A program made the translations under genes and the position numbers. DNA of 64,000 bases, from NCBI GenBank assembly GCA_044360315.1, contig JBIKKO010000002.1, forward strand, positions 355 to 64,354. The letters run 5' to 3'. Source of the stretch: Oligoflexales bacterium. GTDB taxonomy: Bacteria; Bdellovibrionota_B; Oligoflexia; Oligoflexales; RGVZ01. This document shows positions 1 to 10,028 of this stretch, one piece after another; position 1 is the stretch's first letter, and the number at the start of each line of letters is the position of its first letter. The notes under the pieces were generated by a model. It was given only the letters and a program-made list of their open reading frames with translations, did no database searches and was not told where the DNA came from.

Positions 1-2
1 AG

Positions 3-1196
3 CAGGGTGTTAATAATGCCTTTGGTTTTGATCTTTATAGATCGTTAGCGGCCTCGTCAGACTTTAGTCCTAACAATTTATTCATTTCACCCACGAGTAT
101 CTCCACTGCATTAGGCCTGACATACCTCGGTGCCGATGGCGCCACACGAGAAGAGATGGCGCGGTTATTACGTGTCCCGTCGGATGTGGCCCAGGCGGGA
201 TCCCTCTATAAGTCGCAGTTAGGTAGTTTGCAGGCAACGAAGTCTGAAAATGGTTATGACCTGAAGATTGCGAATAAAATTTGGACATCTCCGGTTGGAT
301 TTAAGCCTTCATTTATTGATGCGACAAGACAGTATTTTGACAGCGAAGCAGCTCGGGTGGATTTCCGGGATTCAAGAGCTCGATCACAGGCTATAAAAGA
401 CATAAACAATTGGGCGTCTGATAATACAAATGCCCGAATCACCCAAATTGTCGATCAGACCTCCATTCAACCCAATACAAGTGCTGTCCTGGCTAATGCC
501 GTTTACTTCTTGGGTGACTGGGTCAATCCATTTCCTAATGATGGCGTCCCGCGCGTAGGCAAATGGCTGCGGCCTGATGGCGCAGAGGTCGATGTGACTT
601 ATATGGCCGACAAGATGGATGTGAAGTATGTTGGTAACAAGCGTTATGAGGCCGTTGAGCTTCCTTATAAAGCCTCTGAGGGCGAGAGTCCCCGCGTCTC
701 AATGGTGATCGTTCTGCCAGCGGAGGGTGTTGGTTTAGGTGCGCTGGATTCTTTGCTTGATACGACACAATGGGACCAAATGATCCGATCGATGGAGGAC
801 TCGAGTGGGTCCGTGATGATTCCCAAGTGGGAGGTTCAAGGTGATGCGATTAAGTTAAAGCAATATCTGGTGCAACTTGGGATGAAGACGGCTTGGATCC
901 CGTATGATATTCGTCAAGAAGCATCATCTGCAAATTTCTCTGGGATGACTCAGGATCGAGGCAAGGTTTATCTTTCGGAGGCATTGCATAAAACATTTGT
1001 GAAAGTTGATGAAAAAGGAACAGAGGCTGCTGCTGTCACCGCTGTGGTCGGTATTGAGGCCACGTCGATTCGACCTGGTTTTTCATTCCGGGCAACCCGT
1101 CCATTTATCTATGCAATTCGTGACATGAGATCAGGAGAAATTTTGTTTATTGGAAGAATGCTGGATCCAACAAGCAAACAATTACGTTCGAAGTGA
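3..1196 (+). CDS. Serpin (serine protease inhibitor) family protein, 5'-partial (runs off window start)
   Basis: Frame 3 is open from nt 3 with no stop upstream of the listed 156 start. Translation gives NAFGFDLYRSLA...NLFISPTSISTALGLTYLGA, NAVYFLGDWVNPF, the hinge/reactive-loop EKGTEAAAVTAV, and C-terminal RPFIYAIRD..ILFIGR. All are classic serpin blocks. Confidence 0.9.
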   Translation, partial: QGVNNAFGFDLYRSLAASSDFSPNNLFISPTSISTALGLTYLGADGATREEMARLLRVPSDVAQAGSLYKSQLGSLQATKSENGYDLKIANKIWTSPVGFKPSFIDATRQYFDSEAARVDFRDSRARSQAIKDINNWASDNTNARITQIVDQTSIQPNTSAVLANAVYFLGDWVNPFPNDGVPRVGKWLRPDGAEVDVTYMADKMDVKYVGNKRYEAVELPYKASEGESPRVSMVIVLPAEGVGLGALDSLLDTTQWDQMIRSMEDSSGSVMIPKWEVQGDAIKLKQYLVQLGMKTAWIPYDIRQEASSANFSGMTQDRGKVYLSEALHKTFVKVDEKGTEAAAVTAVVGIEATSIRPGFSFRATRPFIYAIRDMRSGEILFIGRMLDPTSKQLRSK

Positions 1197-1249
1197 GAGC
1201 AAAAGTGGGTCTTACTGCTACTTAATCCAATAGATGAGGGGTAACGAAA

Positions 1250-2176
1250 ATGAAAGCAATTGTCTTTAACAAGTTTGGGAAATCTGATGTTTTAATGGTT
1301 TCGGAAGTACCAACACCCGCTCCCAAGAAGGGAGAGGTTCTAATCAAACTTAGTCATACGTCAGTGAATCCTGTTGATTGGAAGATCCGTGAAGGCTATC
1401 TCCAATCAATGCTGCCCCACGTTTTTCCAATCATTCCTGGCTGGGATGCGGTTGGAGAGGTTGCTGCTGTCGGCGAAGGTGTGCGAGCATTTAAAATAGG
1501 CGACCGCGTGTTTGCGTATAGTCGATTACCGACGGTGCAAAACGGCACGTATGCTGAATATATTTGCCTGCCCGATGACTTCGTAGCATTGGTGCCAGCC
1601 GGTCTAAAGTTGGAAGAGGCTGCCACAGTACCATTGGTGGCTCTAACAGCATTTCAAGCACTCACGGAACTTCTTAAGATCAAAAAAGGTGATCATCTAT
1701 TGATTACGGGAGGGTCTGGCGGTGTAGGATCTTATGCAATTCAGATCGCTAAGGCTTTGGGCGCCATCGTCACAACTTCGACGAGTACCTCAAACGTTGA
1801 GTACGTGAAAGGTCTCGGAGCAGACCATGTGATTGATTATACGAAGACCTCCTTAAAAGCTGGCTCGAAGCTGGTGGTTCCAACCGGATACGATAAAGTT
1901 TTTGATGCTGTAGGTGGCGAGACTCTCATTGAAGCCGGAGCTCTAGTTAAAGATCCAGTAAACCTGGTTAGTATCGTCGACACTCCGGCTCAAGGTTCAT
2001 TTCACTTTGTCTATCCTAACGGATCCCAGCTTAAAAGCATTGCTGAGCTGATAAGTTCCGGAGCGGTGAAAATTCCGGCCTACGCAGTTCGAAGTGTAAA
2101 GGACGCACCGAAGGTTCAAGATGAAAGCGCATCTCATCGCATTAGGGGCAAGGTGGTTCTCAAGATTGATTTTTAA
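1250..2176 (+). CDS. NADPH:quinone oxidoreductase / zinc-type alcohol dehydrogenase-like protein (MDR superfamily)
   Basis: 308-aa ORF with N-terminal GroES-like region (GEVLIKLSHTSVNPVDWKIREG, GWDAVGEV..VG) and Rossmann GGSGGVGSYAIQIAK. GAGGGG-type SD lies just upstream of the ATG. Confidence 0.85.
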   Translation: MKAIVFNKFGKSDVLMVSEVPTPAPKKGEVLIKLSHTSVNPVDWKIREGYLQSMLPHVFPIIPGWDAVGEVAAVGEGVRAFKIGDRVFAYSRLPTVQNGTYAEYICLPDDFVALVPAGLKLEEAATVPLVALTAFQALTELLKIKKGDHLLITGGSGGVGSYAIQIAKALGAIVTTSTSTSNVEYVKGLGADHVIDYTKTSLKAGSKLVVPTGYDKVFDAVGGETLIEAGALVKDPVNLVSIVDTPAQGSFHFVYPNGSQLKSIAELISSGAVKIPAYAVRSVKDAPKVQDESASHRIRGKVVLKIDF

Positions 2177-2375
2177 TGGATTTAGTTTGTCTTGGATTCA
2201 GGAGGGCTTTAGTAAAGTCCTGGCGTTCTTGTGTCGGGTTTAATTTTAGATACGTATCGCCACAAATCGACTCGTACTCAGGGCTGAAAATCGCATCTAC
2301 CGGTTTTCAGCCTCAATCAAAACAGGAAAGAATCTATCAAGATGCATTACTGTGCCGTTAGAGCCCCTTTAAAAG

Positions 2376-3878
2376 CTAAACCGAGTAGAGTTCGCTATAT
2401 TTTTTAGTGAGATAGTCCATATAGCATTCGATTGATAACTCAGCTCCGGTCGCGTGATGAATCAAGTCTGTTGGGTTACGAGTTGCGCCCCAGCGATGTA
2501 CTTTGTTCTGAAGCCACTGCAAAAGTGGCTGGAAATCACCCTTCGAAAATTTGTCTTCCATGTTTGGAAGAGATTTTTTTGCAGCAGCATAGATTTGAGC
2601 GCTCAGAATGTTTCCTATGCTATATCCCTGAAACGAGCCCCCAAATGCCGACGAGAACCAGTGGACGTCTTGTAGGCACCCGTCCTTAAATGATGGGACG
2701 GTGACACCTAGATCTGATTTGTATCGAGAATTCCAAGCATCCGGTAGATCTTTGATCTTCAATCGTCCTTCAAGGATATCACGCTCGATATCAAATCTGA
2801 TCATCACGTGAAGATTGTACGTCAACTCATCAGCATCGACTCGAATAAGACTTGGCTCAACTTTGTTTATAGCTCTTAAAAATTCAGACTGTTCAATTGA
2901 CTTAAATTGAGGAAACTCGTTTTGCAGATGTGGATAGAAAAAGTCCCAAAAAGGTTTTCCTCGACCAACGCAATTTTCCCAGAGTCTGGACTGACTTTCA
3001 TGCACGCCAGAGGAAACCCCTTGACCTAAGATATTCCCATCGATGCTCTCGGCGATTCCCATTTCATACAAAGCGTGTCCAACCTCGTGAATCACACTAA
3101 AGATGCAATCCGTCAAGTCATCGCGTCGAGACCTTGTCGTAATTCTGATATCGCCTCCCGAGAGTCGGGTCATGAAGGGGTGCGGTGACAAATCCAGCCG
3201 ACCTCTTTGGAAATCGTAACCGAGTTGTCGTGCAATAAAAATCCCAAACCTGAGTTGGGTAGCCTCAGGAAAATCTCCGATCAGGCAATCACTATCTATC
3301 TGTCTTTTCGACTTAACACTCTCAACCAGCGGAACGAGGTGGGAGCGTAGTTTTTGAAACATGCGCTTCAAATCATCGACCACGAAGCCGCGATCGCTAA
3401 ACTGAATCAACGCATCCATAGGGTGATTGCTATCTGGAAAGCATTCTGCTAATCGCAAGCTAAAGTCAACCGATGTTTCAAGCATTGGCTTTAGGGATGA
3501 AAAATCATTGTTTGGTCGCGCAGTAGTCCATGCCGCGTACATTTGCGCAAAATGCTGAGCCATTGCTGAGGCTAAATTTGAAGGGATCTTGGCTTTCAAG
3601 TCATAAATCCGTTTAGCCTCTTTGATTAGGGCAGCGTCGGTATTATCGTCCTTTTGTCGCTCTGCCCACGGTAAAAGCTCATGAATCAATCTCTTGGTAT
3701 CGTCTGATATAAGGAGACAGTGAGCGGTATTTGTAAGAGTAGCAAGTTGACGCCCGCGCTGATCGGAGCCTTTTGCTGGCATCATCGTGGCTTGATCCCA
3801 ACCGAGAATCTCGGAAGTCAGTAAAAGATCTGTGTAGGTTTCAAGACGGCGTTTCAGAGGGTTTATATCGGGATTCAT
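2376..3878 (-). CDS. Carboxypeptidase Taq-like metallopeptidase (family M32)
   Basis: 500 aa. Carries HEVGHALYE (HExxH), GVHESQSRLWEN, and DVHW....FGYF-like block DVHWFSSAFGGSFQGYSIGN, all typical of M32. Confidence 0.9.
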   Translation of the reverse strand: MNPDINPLKRRLETYTDLLLTSEILGWDQATMMPAKGSDQRGRQLATLTNTAHCLLISDDTKRLIHELLPWAERQKDDNTDAALIKEAKRIYDLKAKIPSNLASAMAQHFAQMYAAWTTARPNNDFSSLKPMLETSVDFSLRLAECFPDSNHPMDALIQFSDRGFVVDDLKRMFQKLRSHLVPLVESVKSKRQIDSDCLIGDFPEATQLRFGIFIARQLGYDFQRGRLDLSPHPFMTRLSGGDIRITTRSRRDDLTDCIFSVIHEVGHALYEMGIAESIDGNILGQGVSSGVHESQSRLWENCVGRGKPFWDFFYPHLQNEFPQFKSIEQSEFLRAINKVEPSLIRVDADELTYNLHVMIRFDIERDILEGRLKIKDLPDAWNSRYKSDLGVTVPSFKDGCLQDVHWFSSAFGGSFQGYSIGNILSAQIYAAAKKSLPNMEDKFSKGDFQPLLQWLQNKVHRWGATRNPTDLIHHATGAELSIECYMDYLTKKYSELYSV

Positions 3879-4173
3879 GTTGACAACCTATTCTGTTGGG
3901 TTCAAAATTTTTTTTGCTAGTGATTCAATTTACCTCAAATTTCGTCCAAGTAAAGACGTGTTTGGTTAGTTGTGCTCTAATTTAGGCGTTCCCCTGAAGC
4001 AAGCGCTTGGTTGGACTAGATGCTGCTGCCGGGGTTGAATGTGTCAGCTCACAGGATGTTTGTAGGTCGGTTTTTGGGCCCTATCAGTGGTGAGAGAAGA
4101 TCGATATCGGTTATAAACATCAGCGATATGCTAGGATGTTGATCAGACGGGATCCAAACTCTTGGAATGATCT

Positions 4174-4896
4174 ATGGCGCTTTTAGGAGGCGTGGGGCAA
4201 ATTATGAATGATCGTGATTTTGATGATCAGCGAGATGCGGATGATTGGATCAGCGTTGTGGAGAGCAATTCCGGTAGATCTCGACTTGAGGAACTTCGGC
4301 CGTTGATCAGTGCTCTGGAGGGTGATCAGGTAAGGGGGCATGTTCTAGATATCGGTTGTGGCCAGGGACAGATTCGATCTCTGTTTGATCCCAAGAGATG
4401 GACATATTGGGGCGTCGATCCGTCACCATATCTCATCAGTCGTGCCATAGAACTGAACTCAGAAGCAACGGTTCACTTTATTCAAGGTAGTGCTTATAGT
4501 ATTCCTTTTGATGACGCGCATTTCTCTGCAGCAATATCAATCAATGTCTGGCATTTGTTACGGGATATTAATCAAGCGGCTAAGGAGATAATGCGGATAC
4601 TAAAGCCTAACGCTCGCTTCTTGATCGTGACTGCCCACCCCGATTCTATAGATCTGTGGACTCAGCTTTATCAAAGTTATCAGCGCCAAGATAATGGACT
4701 TGTGGGTTTCAATGTGCGTGAAGATGGTTCAAAATCTGTGGATGAGTTATATTTCCATAAGGCTAACGAAATCCGGGATGTACTGCTTGAAAATCGCGCG
4801 AGCAACATTGCGATGCGACCTTTTCGCATTCGAGAGTCATTTGGGCCAGTTTATCTGGCGATTTCTGGAAATAAGTTGGCGGCAAGCAGCCTCTGA
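4174..4896 (+). CDS. Class I SAM-dependent methyltransferase
   Basis: Motif I VLDIGCGQGQ, post-I WGVDPS, and a later LKPNARFLIV block. The start is ambiguous (4174 or 4204). Confidence 0.75.
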   Translation: MALLGGVGQIMNDRDFDDQRDADDWISVVESNSGRSRLEELRPLISALEGDQVRGHVLDIGCGQGQIRSLFDPKRWTYWGVDPSPYLISRAIELNSEATVHFIQGSAYSIPFDDAHFSAAISINVWHLLRDINQAAKEIMRILKPNARFLIVTAHPDSIDLWTQLYQSYQRQDNGLVGFNVREDGSKSVDELYFHKANEIRDVLLENRASNIAMRPFRIRESFGPVYLAISGNKLAASSL

Positions 4897-4907
4897 AGGT
4901 GTTGGCT

Positions 4908-5420
4908 TTACACATCCTTCTTCATGTGCATATGCATCGGATAACTGCGCACCGAGCTTCCGTTAATCATACGCGTCTGTATCGGTCCTGAGTCCTCGAA
5001 GCCAAGTTGACGGTAAAAGTTGTGAGCGGTAAGGGACGAGTCAAGGGATATAGATTGTGCCCCAGCATCGCGAGCAGCTTGGATCATGAGCTTGGCTAGT
5101 TGTTTGCCTAGACCCCTGCCAAGAACCTCTGGTGTTATATAGAGAGCATGAAGATGGGCCTGTGGCTCAGAATCCGATACAAAAATTCGGATGTATCCTA
5201 CGCCGTGGATGATGTGTTTGTATTCGATGACCCAAACCGTCTCCTCTGCTATCTGTCTAATCCAGCGATCTTCGAGTGGTCGATTTCCCCATCCAAGAAC
5301 CTCAGCCTCCCCATGATCTTTTATGCAAATTTCGCGAATCGAGCGCATGTGAGCTTGGTGAATGCCATCTTCATCTCCAGGGCGGGCTTTACGAATTTTG
5401 GGTTCGTCTTGCGTTATCAT
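4908..5420 (-). CDS. GNAT family N-acetyltransferase
   Basis: 170 aa. Acetyl-CoA motif A VLGRGLGKQLAKLMI and C-terminal NFYRQLGF. Confidence 0.8.
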   Translation of the reverse strand: MITQDEPKIRKARPGDEDGIHQAHMRSIREICIKDHGEAEVLGWGNRPLEDRWIRQIAEETVWVIEYKHIIHGVGYIRIFVSDSEPQAHLHALYITPEVLGRGLGKQLAKLMIQAARDAGAQSISLDSSLTAHNFYRQLGFEDSGPIQTRMINGSSVRSYPMHMHMKKDV

Positions 5421-5651
5421 AAGATTGTCCTACGGAACCGAGGAAAGCACTGTTTAAAGATACATATGGTCGTATTAACGGTCAAGCCTGGATGATTATA
5501 GTGACGCGCCCTGTTACCAGGCGCTTTTATTGCATAGGCGCGGGATATGTGTGAATTCCTAGATCTCATTGGAGGGTGATTATGAGCCACGCAGAATGAT
5601 CCGAAGGATTTCGCTAACTGTCAGCCGATGCTAATAATCCATACCAAACTT

Positions 5652-6005
5652 TTAGATTAAAACCGTCTTGGCCGGATCATAGTATGGTGCATCCATACTG
5701 ACGAAAGTCACTTCACCACCGATCCCCCGATAGCTGTGAGGCTCACCTTGAGGGATCGATATGAAATCCCCCTTGGTCATTCGATATGTTTTGCCGGAAA
5801 CTTCTGCGAGCAACTTCCCATCAAGAACCATAATACTGTGGGAAGCGTCAGGATGAAGGTGGCGCGCAAGTTCTCCGCTAAATTTAACTAGATTGATTCT
5901 AATCCGATCGTCTTTTTTTATTGTCCAGACCCTCATGTTTTGTTGATTGATAACGGCGGCTCCAATCTTAAGATTCTTGAGTCGACTAAATATGAGAGAA
6001 TTCAT
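5652..6005 (-). CDS. Cupin domain protein
   Basis: 117 aa with cupin motifs G..ARHLHPDASHSIMVLDG and GDFISIPQGEPHS. Confidence 0.7.
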   Translation of the reverse strand: MNSLIFSRLKNLKIGAAVINQQNMRVWTIKKDDRIRINLVKFSGELARHLHPDASHSIMVLDGKLLAEVSGKTYRMTKGDFISIPQGEPHSYRGIGGEVTFVSMDAPYYDPAKTVLI

Positions 6006-6278
6006 ACGGCCCTCCTGTCAAAGCTTGAAAATTGGTTTTGAATGCAAATGACTATGGTCTTCTGAAAGCTAATCTCACCATTTGCTGTGCCTAATCTGTC
6101 GGTAATTTAAACATCGTTTGTGGAAAATCATGTAAAAACCTCTGAACGATCCCGTTGGCTTGAAGCAAATTGGTACTGAGATGGCGTCAAATGACGACAC
6201 AACTGGATCTCGAAGTAGTCAGAATGTCAAGTGCCTGTAAATGTGGGTAGGCCGATGCATGAGACAATGATTCACAAA

Positions 6279-6629
6279 CTAATCGGCCATAGGAGAGACA
6301 GACGTGTCGGCCTCCACGCAGGTAAACAAAGCTGAGGCCTTAGCCTCGTAAGTATCTCCGGCGACAGTACTTGACGTCAATATACATCTTAACGTCCATT
6401 CAGACTGTAGTAATGGCTCTTCTGGATCGCACCAATTTGCCGCTTCGTTTAGTACAAGTTTTTTCAACCTATAGACAATATCAGGATGTATTTCGTTGGA
6501 CCATCGATTACAGTAGTGAACTTCTTCTTGTACACTTACTTCTTTGTGTGGAACACCAAACCCATTTATTGGAAGGAACGATAGAGCCACTAACACAGGC
6601 ATTCTTTGGCTTTTTTTGCGCCATTGCAT
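6279..6629 (-). CDS. Hypothetical secreted protein
   Basis: I prefer the internal ATG at 6629 (GAGGG SD 7 nt upstream), giving MQWRKKSQRMPVLVALSFLPING with a signal-like N-terminus. Divergent from the LysR gene. No recognisable family. Confidence 0.45.
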   Translation of the reverse strand: MQWRKKSQRMPVLVALSFLPINGFGVPHKEVSVQEEVHYCNRWSNEIHPDIVYRLKKLVLNEAANWCDPEEPLLQSEWTLRCILTSSTVAGDTYEAKASALFTCVEADTSVSPMAD

Positions 6630-6685
6630 AAAATTACCCTCGGTTTTAAGGTTGTTTTCGAAACAGCGACATAGTAGCAAAGTTA

Positions 6686-6706
6686 AATTTGACAACAATG
6701 CAAATT
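6686..6706. promoter_or_regulatory. Inverted repeat AATTTG-N9-CAAATT (contains a T-N11-A LysR-type box) in the divergent intergenic region
   Basis: Perfect 6-bp arms read directly, 20 bp upstream of the LysR ATG (6727) and between divergent genes. This is the classical LysR autoregulatory geometry. Confidence 0.35.
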
Positions 6707-6726
6707 AAATCAATAATTGTTGCGCA

Positions 6727-7587
6727 ATGAACACTGATCAGTTAAAGCAGTTTTGTACCGTCTACGAAATCGGAACCTTAGCTAAGGCCTCCGAGCTTCA
6801 CCATTTAACTGTAGGTGCTCTGTCGAGATCTATAAAAAGACTTGAAGAAGAGGTTGATATTCGCTTGTTCACTCAAGATGGTAGATCTCTTAGAGTCACG
6901 GAGGCTGGGAAACGGTTTTACATACTTTGTAAACAAATCATTACAGACCTAGATACTGGGATAAAGGAAATGAGATCCGAATCCAATGAGAAGAAAGAAA
7001 TTCGGATTGGGTCTTTTGAGGTTTTTACATCTCGTCTGCTAGTTGGTATTCTTAGTCAATGTTTCAAAGATCGGAGAGCATACCTAGCAGAGTTGGCTCC
7101 TGGAGAGATTGAAAAAGCATTACAAGGTGGAGCGATTGATCTCGGTATAACCTATGTTCCGGTGCCTAAAAAGGGTCTAGAACACATTAAAGTTGGTAGC
7201 TTCAAAATGATTGCATGCTCGGGCTCAAAGAGGTTTAGCGGATGTAATTTTTCGGACATTCCGTTCGCAATTCCAACCACGCAAATGACTGAAAACACTG
7301 CTCAGCTGGCAGCACTTGACGGATGGCCTCTATCATTTCCAAGAAAAATTAATTATCGATTTGAACTGTTGGAAACTGCTTTGGAAGCCAGTCGTAAGGG
7401 TTTATCAGCAGTTCATATTCCAGAGTTTATTGCGGCTGAAGAAAAATTTATGTTAATCCCGTTGCCTCCAAACTTTCGCCCAGTAACGATGACGTGTTTT
7501 TTAGTTAAGCGAGAGGGATTCTGCGATGATTCAATTGGAACTTTGGTTCGTGAACTAAAGGTGAAAATTCAGCAAAAGATTGCGTAG
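6727..7587 (+). CDS. LysR family transcriptional regulator
   Basis: N-terminal wHTH LKQFCTVYEIGTLAKASELHHLTVGALSRSIKRLEEEVDIRLF, followed by a ~200-aa effector-binding-sized C-terminus. Confidence 0.85.
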   Translation: MNTDQLKQFCTVYEIGTLAKASELHHLTVGALSRSIKRLEEEVDIRLFTQDGRSLRVTEAGKRFYILCKQIITDLDTGIKEMRSESNEKKEIRIGSFEVFTSRLLVGILSQCFKDRRAYLAELAPGEIEKALQGGAIDLGITYVPVPKKGLEHIKVGSFKMIACSGSKRFSGCNFSDIPFAIPTTQMTENTAQLAALDGWPLSFPRKINYRFELLETALEASRKGLSAVHIPEFIAAEEKFMLIPLPPNFRPVTMTCFLVKREGFCDDSIGTLVRELKVKIQQKIA

Positions 7588-8088
7588 ATGGTACTGAGTG
7601 ATCTTGAGTCGACATCTGCCAATCGGCGAACAAAATCAAACCTGAATTCACTTGTTGGTATGATCGATGGAGGCATTAATTTTACCATGTATTGAAATAG
7701 CACGATCATGGTGGGTCCATCTGATTCCATGGCGGAACTCGCTATGTTGCTCTTAAAGTTGCTTAGTGTCGGGAGCTCTGCTGAGGAAATCGTAAACTAC
7801 CTAGCGTGGTCTGCCCAAGGATTGAAAAGCGACATCTAATCTCTTCGTCTTTGATGATGCCAAAACAGCGATCACGTCGGCTTGATAAGTCGATCATGTG
7901 ACATTGCGACTAGATCTAGCTAAGTAAGGGACTTAGACCCTCTATGCTTGAGGGATTCCTTAATGAGAAGGAATGTAGCGCACTGCTTCATCAACGTATT
8001 GTGAAGTGAGATCCAAAAATCTTCTTTAATTCTATCCTAACCTGTTCAGGATGATCTGCCGTTCCACGCTGACAATTGACCCCAAGGT

Positions 8089-8310
8089 TTGGCTGCTGGC
8101 AGGATAGATTCAGGAACGGATGTGATTGCTCTGCGAAAATTTGTAGGATTATCGCAAGTTGATTTCGCCAAGGCTTTGGGTATAAGTGTCGGAACTTTAT
8201 GTAATTGTGAACAACGTCGTCGAATTCCTGAGGGCCCCGTATTATCGTTGTTGCGAATTGCTGCACGGCATCCGCGAATAATCAGCGCAAACCACACTTC
8301 GGTTGCTTAG
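8089..8310 (+). CDS. YiaG/XRE-type HTH protein (type II antitoxin-like), probably 5'-degraded
   Basis: DVIALRKFVGLSQVDFAKALGISVGTLCNCEQRRRIPEGPVLSLLRIAARHP matches the YiaG pattern (..IR...GLS...FA..LGVS..T...WE.GRR.P.GPA..LL..I...P). The ORF starts at TTG. The expected N-terminal segment (STLTIDPKV) lies in another frame starting at ATG 8051. Confidence 0.55.
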   Translation: MAAGRIDSGTDVIALRKFVGLSQVDFAKALGISVGTLCNCEQRRRIPEGPVLSLLRIAARHPRIISANHTSVA

Positions 8311-8485
8311 TCGATTAAGTGGCCAATAGCTGCAAAAAAAAGGCTTTCTGAAGTGAATTAATTCTTTTTCGCCCCGCGGGCAGTGGATAAGCCTACTGCG
8401 ATGTCATACCCGGCGCTGGAACTTGACCAACCCATTTGCTCTTTTGGGCGAAAATTAGATGAAGTGTAAACTTAAATAATCTCCC

Positions 8486-8752
8486 TCAAACTCTTTTTTC
8501 CGGGACCGTACGCCGAAGCTTTTGAAACAAAACATACATCAAACAAGACGCTAAAGGAAGAAGGCACGCGATTGCTACCAAACCATAAACAAACGTTGTG
8601 TCATTTACAGGAAAGCCTTGAGGGTCCGTACCTCTACCATCTTCAAAGTGAATCGAAAGATAGCGCTCGTCGAGCATCATAAACATCCACACGGCCGGAA
8701 GCACCATGATAGCAGAAAAACCCGTCCACAAGAATTTTATGTATCGCAACAC
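8486..8752 (-). CDS. Small membrane protein (2 predicted TM helices)
   Basis: 88 aa with two hydrophobic stretches (FSAIMVLPAVWMFMM; VYGLVAIACLLPLASCLMYVLF). Last gene of a tight 3-gene minus-strand unit. Confidence 0.5.
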   Translation of the reverse strand: MLRYIKFLWTGFSAIMVLPAVWMFMMLDERYLSIHFEDGRGTDPQGFPVNDTTFVYGLVAIACLLPLASCLMYVLFQKLRRTVPEKRV

Positions 8753-8761
8753 TTTTGGGGC

Positions 8762-9274
8762 CTACTTATCAAATTTGATGGGAAGTTTAACGATCGTACC
8801 AAACTGTCTTTGCTCGCCTGGCCTGTAATACAAGGAAATCCAGCCGACAGACGCCATCCATCGCAGTTGAGTTTCGCTCTTTTCGCTATATTCGAACGTT
8901 GAATTTTGGATTGTCACATCAAATCCGAAATAAGTGAGAAAAAACTCCGCACCCAAACCAACACGTTGTCCACCTGGCGTCTTATCTATGGTCGCAAGGG
9001 CGCCGAGTCCTCCTAAACCGATGGATCTAAAGTAGCTGAGTTCAAATCCTTGGATGATTCCATTTACTGAGGTTGCGTAGTGGTAACCAGGCAGGAGATA
9101 GTGTCTGTCTGCCCACTCCGCTCTGTTGCGATTCACAATGGGAACACACAAAAATGCTTCAGGCCACTGACACGCTGAATCACCCATCAATCGGATCCCA
9201 GACAACCCACACTCCGCACGCACGAAGAACCCGAGCAGAATGTACAAGATGTTTAGTTGAGTGCGATTTGTCAC
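8762..9274 (-). CDS. Hypothetical protein
   Basis: 170-aa ORF, 9-19 nt from its neighbours. Hydrophobic N-terminus and a beta-strand-like alternating C-terminus. No family recognised. Confidence 0.5.
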   Translation of the reverse strand: MTNRTQLNILYILLGFFVRAECGLSGIRLMGDSACQWPEAFLCVPIVNRNRAEWADRHYLLPGYHYATSVNGIIQGFELSYFRSIGLGGLGALATIDKTPGGQRVGLGAEFFLTYFGFDVTIQNSTFEYSEKSETQLRWMASVGWISLYYRPGEQRQFGTIVKLPIKFDK

Positions 9275-9293
9275 TTCTATTCCCTGTACCTAT

Positions 9294-10028
9294 CTATTCG
9301 GCGACCTGAAGTGGTGCGACCGCCTTGTCTTCCAAACAGGCTTTTTCGGAAGGATAAGACTGATAGTTCTTAATGAGATGAGCACAGATTTTTAATTTCA
9401 GCTTGAGAATACGCTCACATCCTTCAGACGGATCTTTCATCTCTTCTCGGTAGCATTCACTTGCTAAGATAGTCTCGACGTCGTCACTACCGATCACATA
9501 TCCACAGTATTTGGCCAGCCAAGGAAGCACGCCGCCTTCTGCCTGACACGGCGTTGTAGAAGGTGCAGAAAGAACAGACGGCGCATACGAGTCCGCTTGA
9601 TTGATACATGTGAAATAAGGCGACTCCATTTTCGCATCAAGATGACATTGAAGAGAAATCGCTGGCGCGGCTGTTCCAGTGGGGACAAAAATGGCCGAAA
9701 GTTCTAACTGAAATTCATTCCATGCGATCTTCTCGATCGAGAAATCTTGAATCTTGTCTTTCTCTAAAGAGTAATCTTGATCATGATACCGCAGCTTACA
9801 AACACGCTGCGAAGTCTTAACCTGAGGTTTCTTGTCTCTAAGGTTGATACGTTCAAGCAGGATACAAGCATCTGACTCAGAATTAAAAAGTACATAGCGA
9901 AAAAAATCGCCGTTTTCTTTGATGGATGCACGGGACTTCTTTACTTCGCTGATCTGGGGATCAATACCGGTGCGGGGCCAACATTGGACCAGAAACAGAC
10001 TCAAAAAAAGGATCATAAGAAAATTCAT
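9294..10028 (-). CDS. Hypothetical Cys-rich lipoprotein
   Basis: 244 aa. The N-terminus MNFLMILFLSLFLVQC looks like a signal peptide plus lipobox. Many Cys residues in the mature part. Confidence 0.55.
   Translation of the reverse strand: MNFLMILFLSLFLVQCWPRTGIDPQISEVKKSRASIKENGDFFRYVLFNSESDACILLERINLRDKKPQVKTSQRVCKLRYHDQDYSLEKDKIQDFSIEKIAWNEFQLELSAIFVPTGTAAPAISLQCHLDAKMESPYFTCINQADSYAPSVLSAPSTTPCQAEGGVLPWLAKYCGYVIGSDDVETILASECYREEMKDPSEGCERILKLKLKICAHLIKNYQSYPSEKACLEDKAVAPLQVAE

Noticed and set aside
2282-2312. GGCTGAAAA-N13-TTTTCAGCC hairpin between the convergent oxidoreductase and M32 genes
   Set aside because: It is plausibly a shared terminator. There is no U-tract on either strand and the loop is 13 nt, so I did not call it as a feature.
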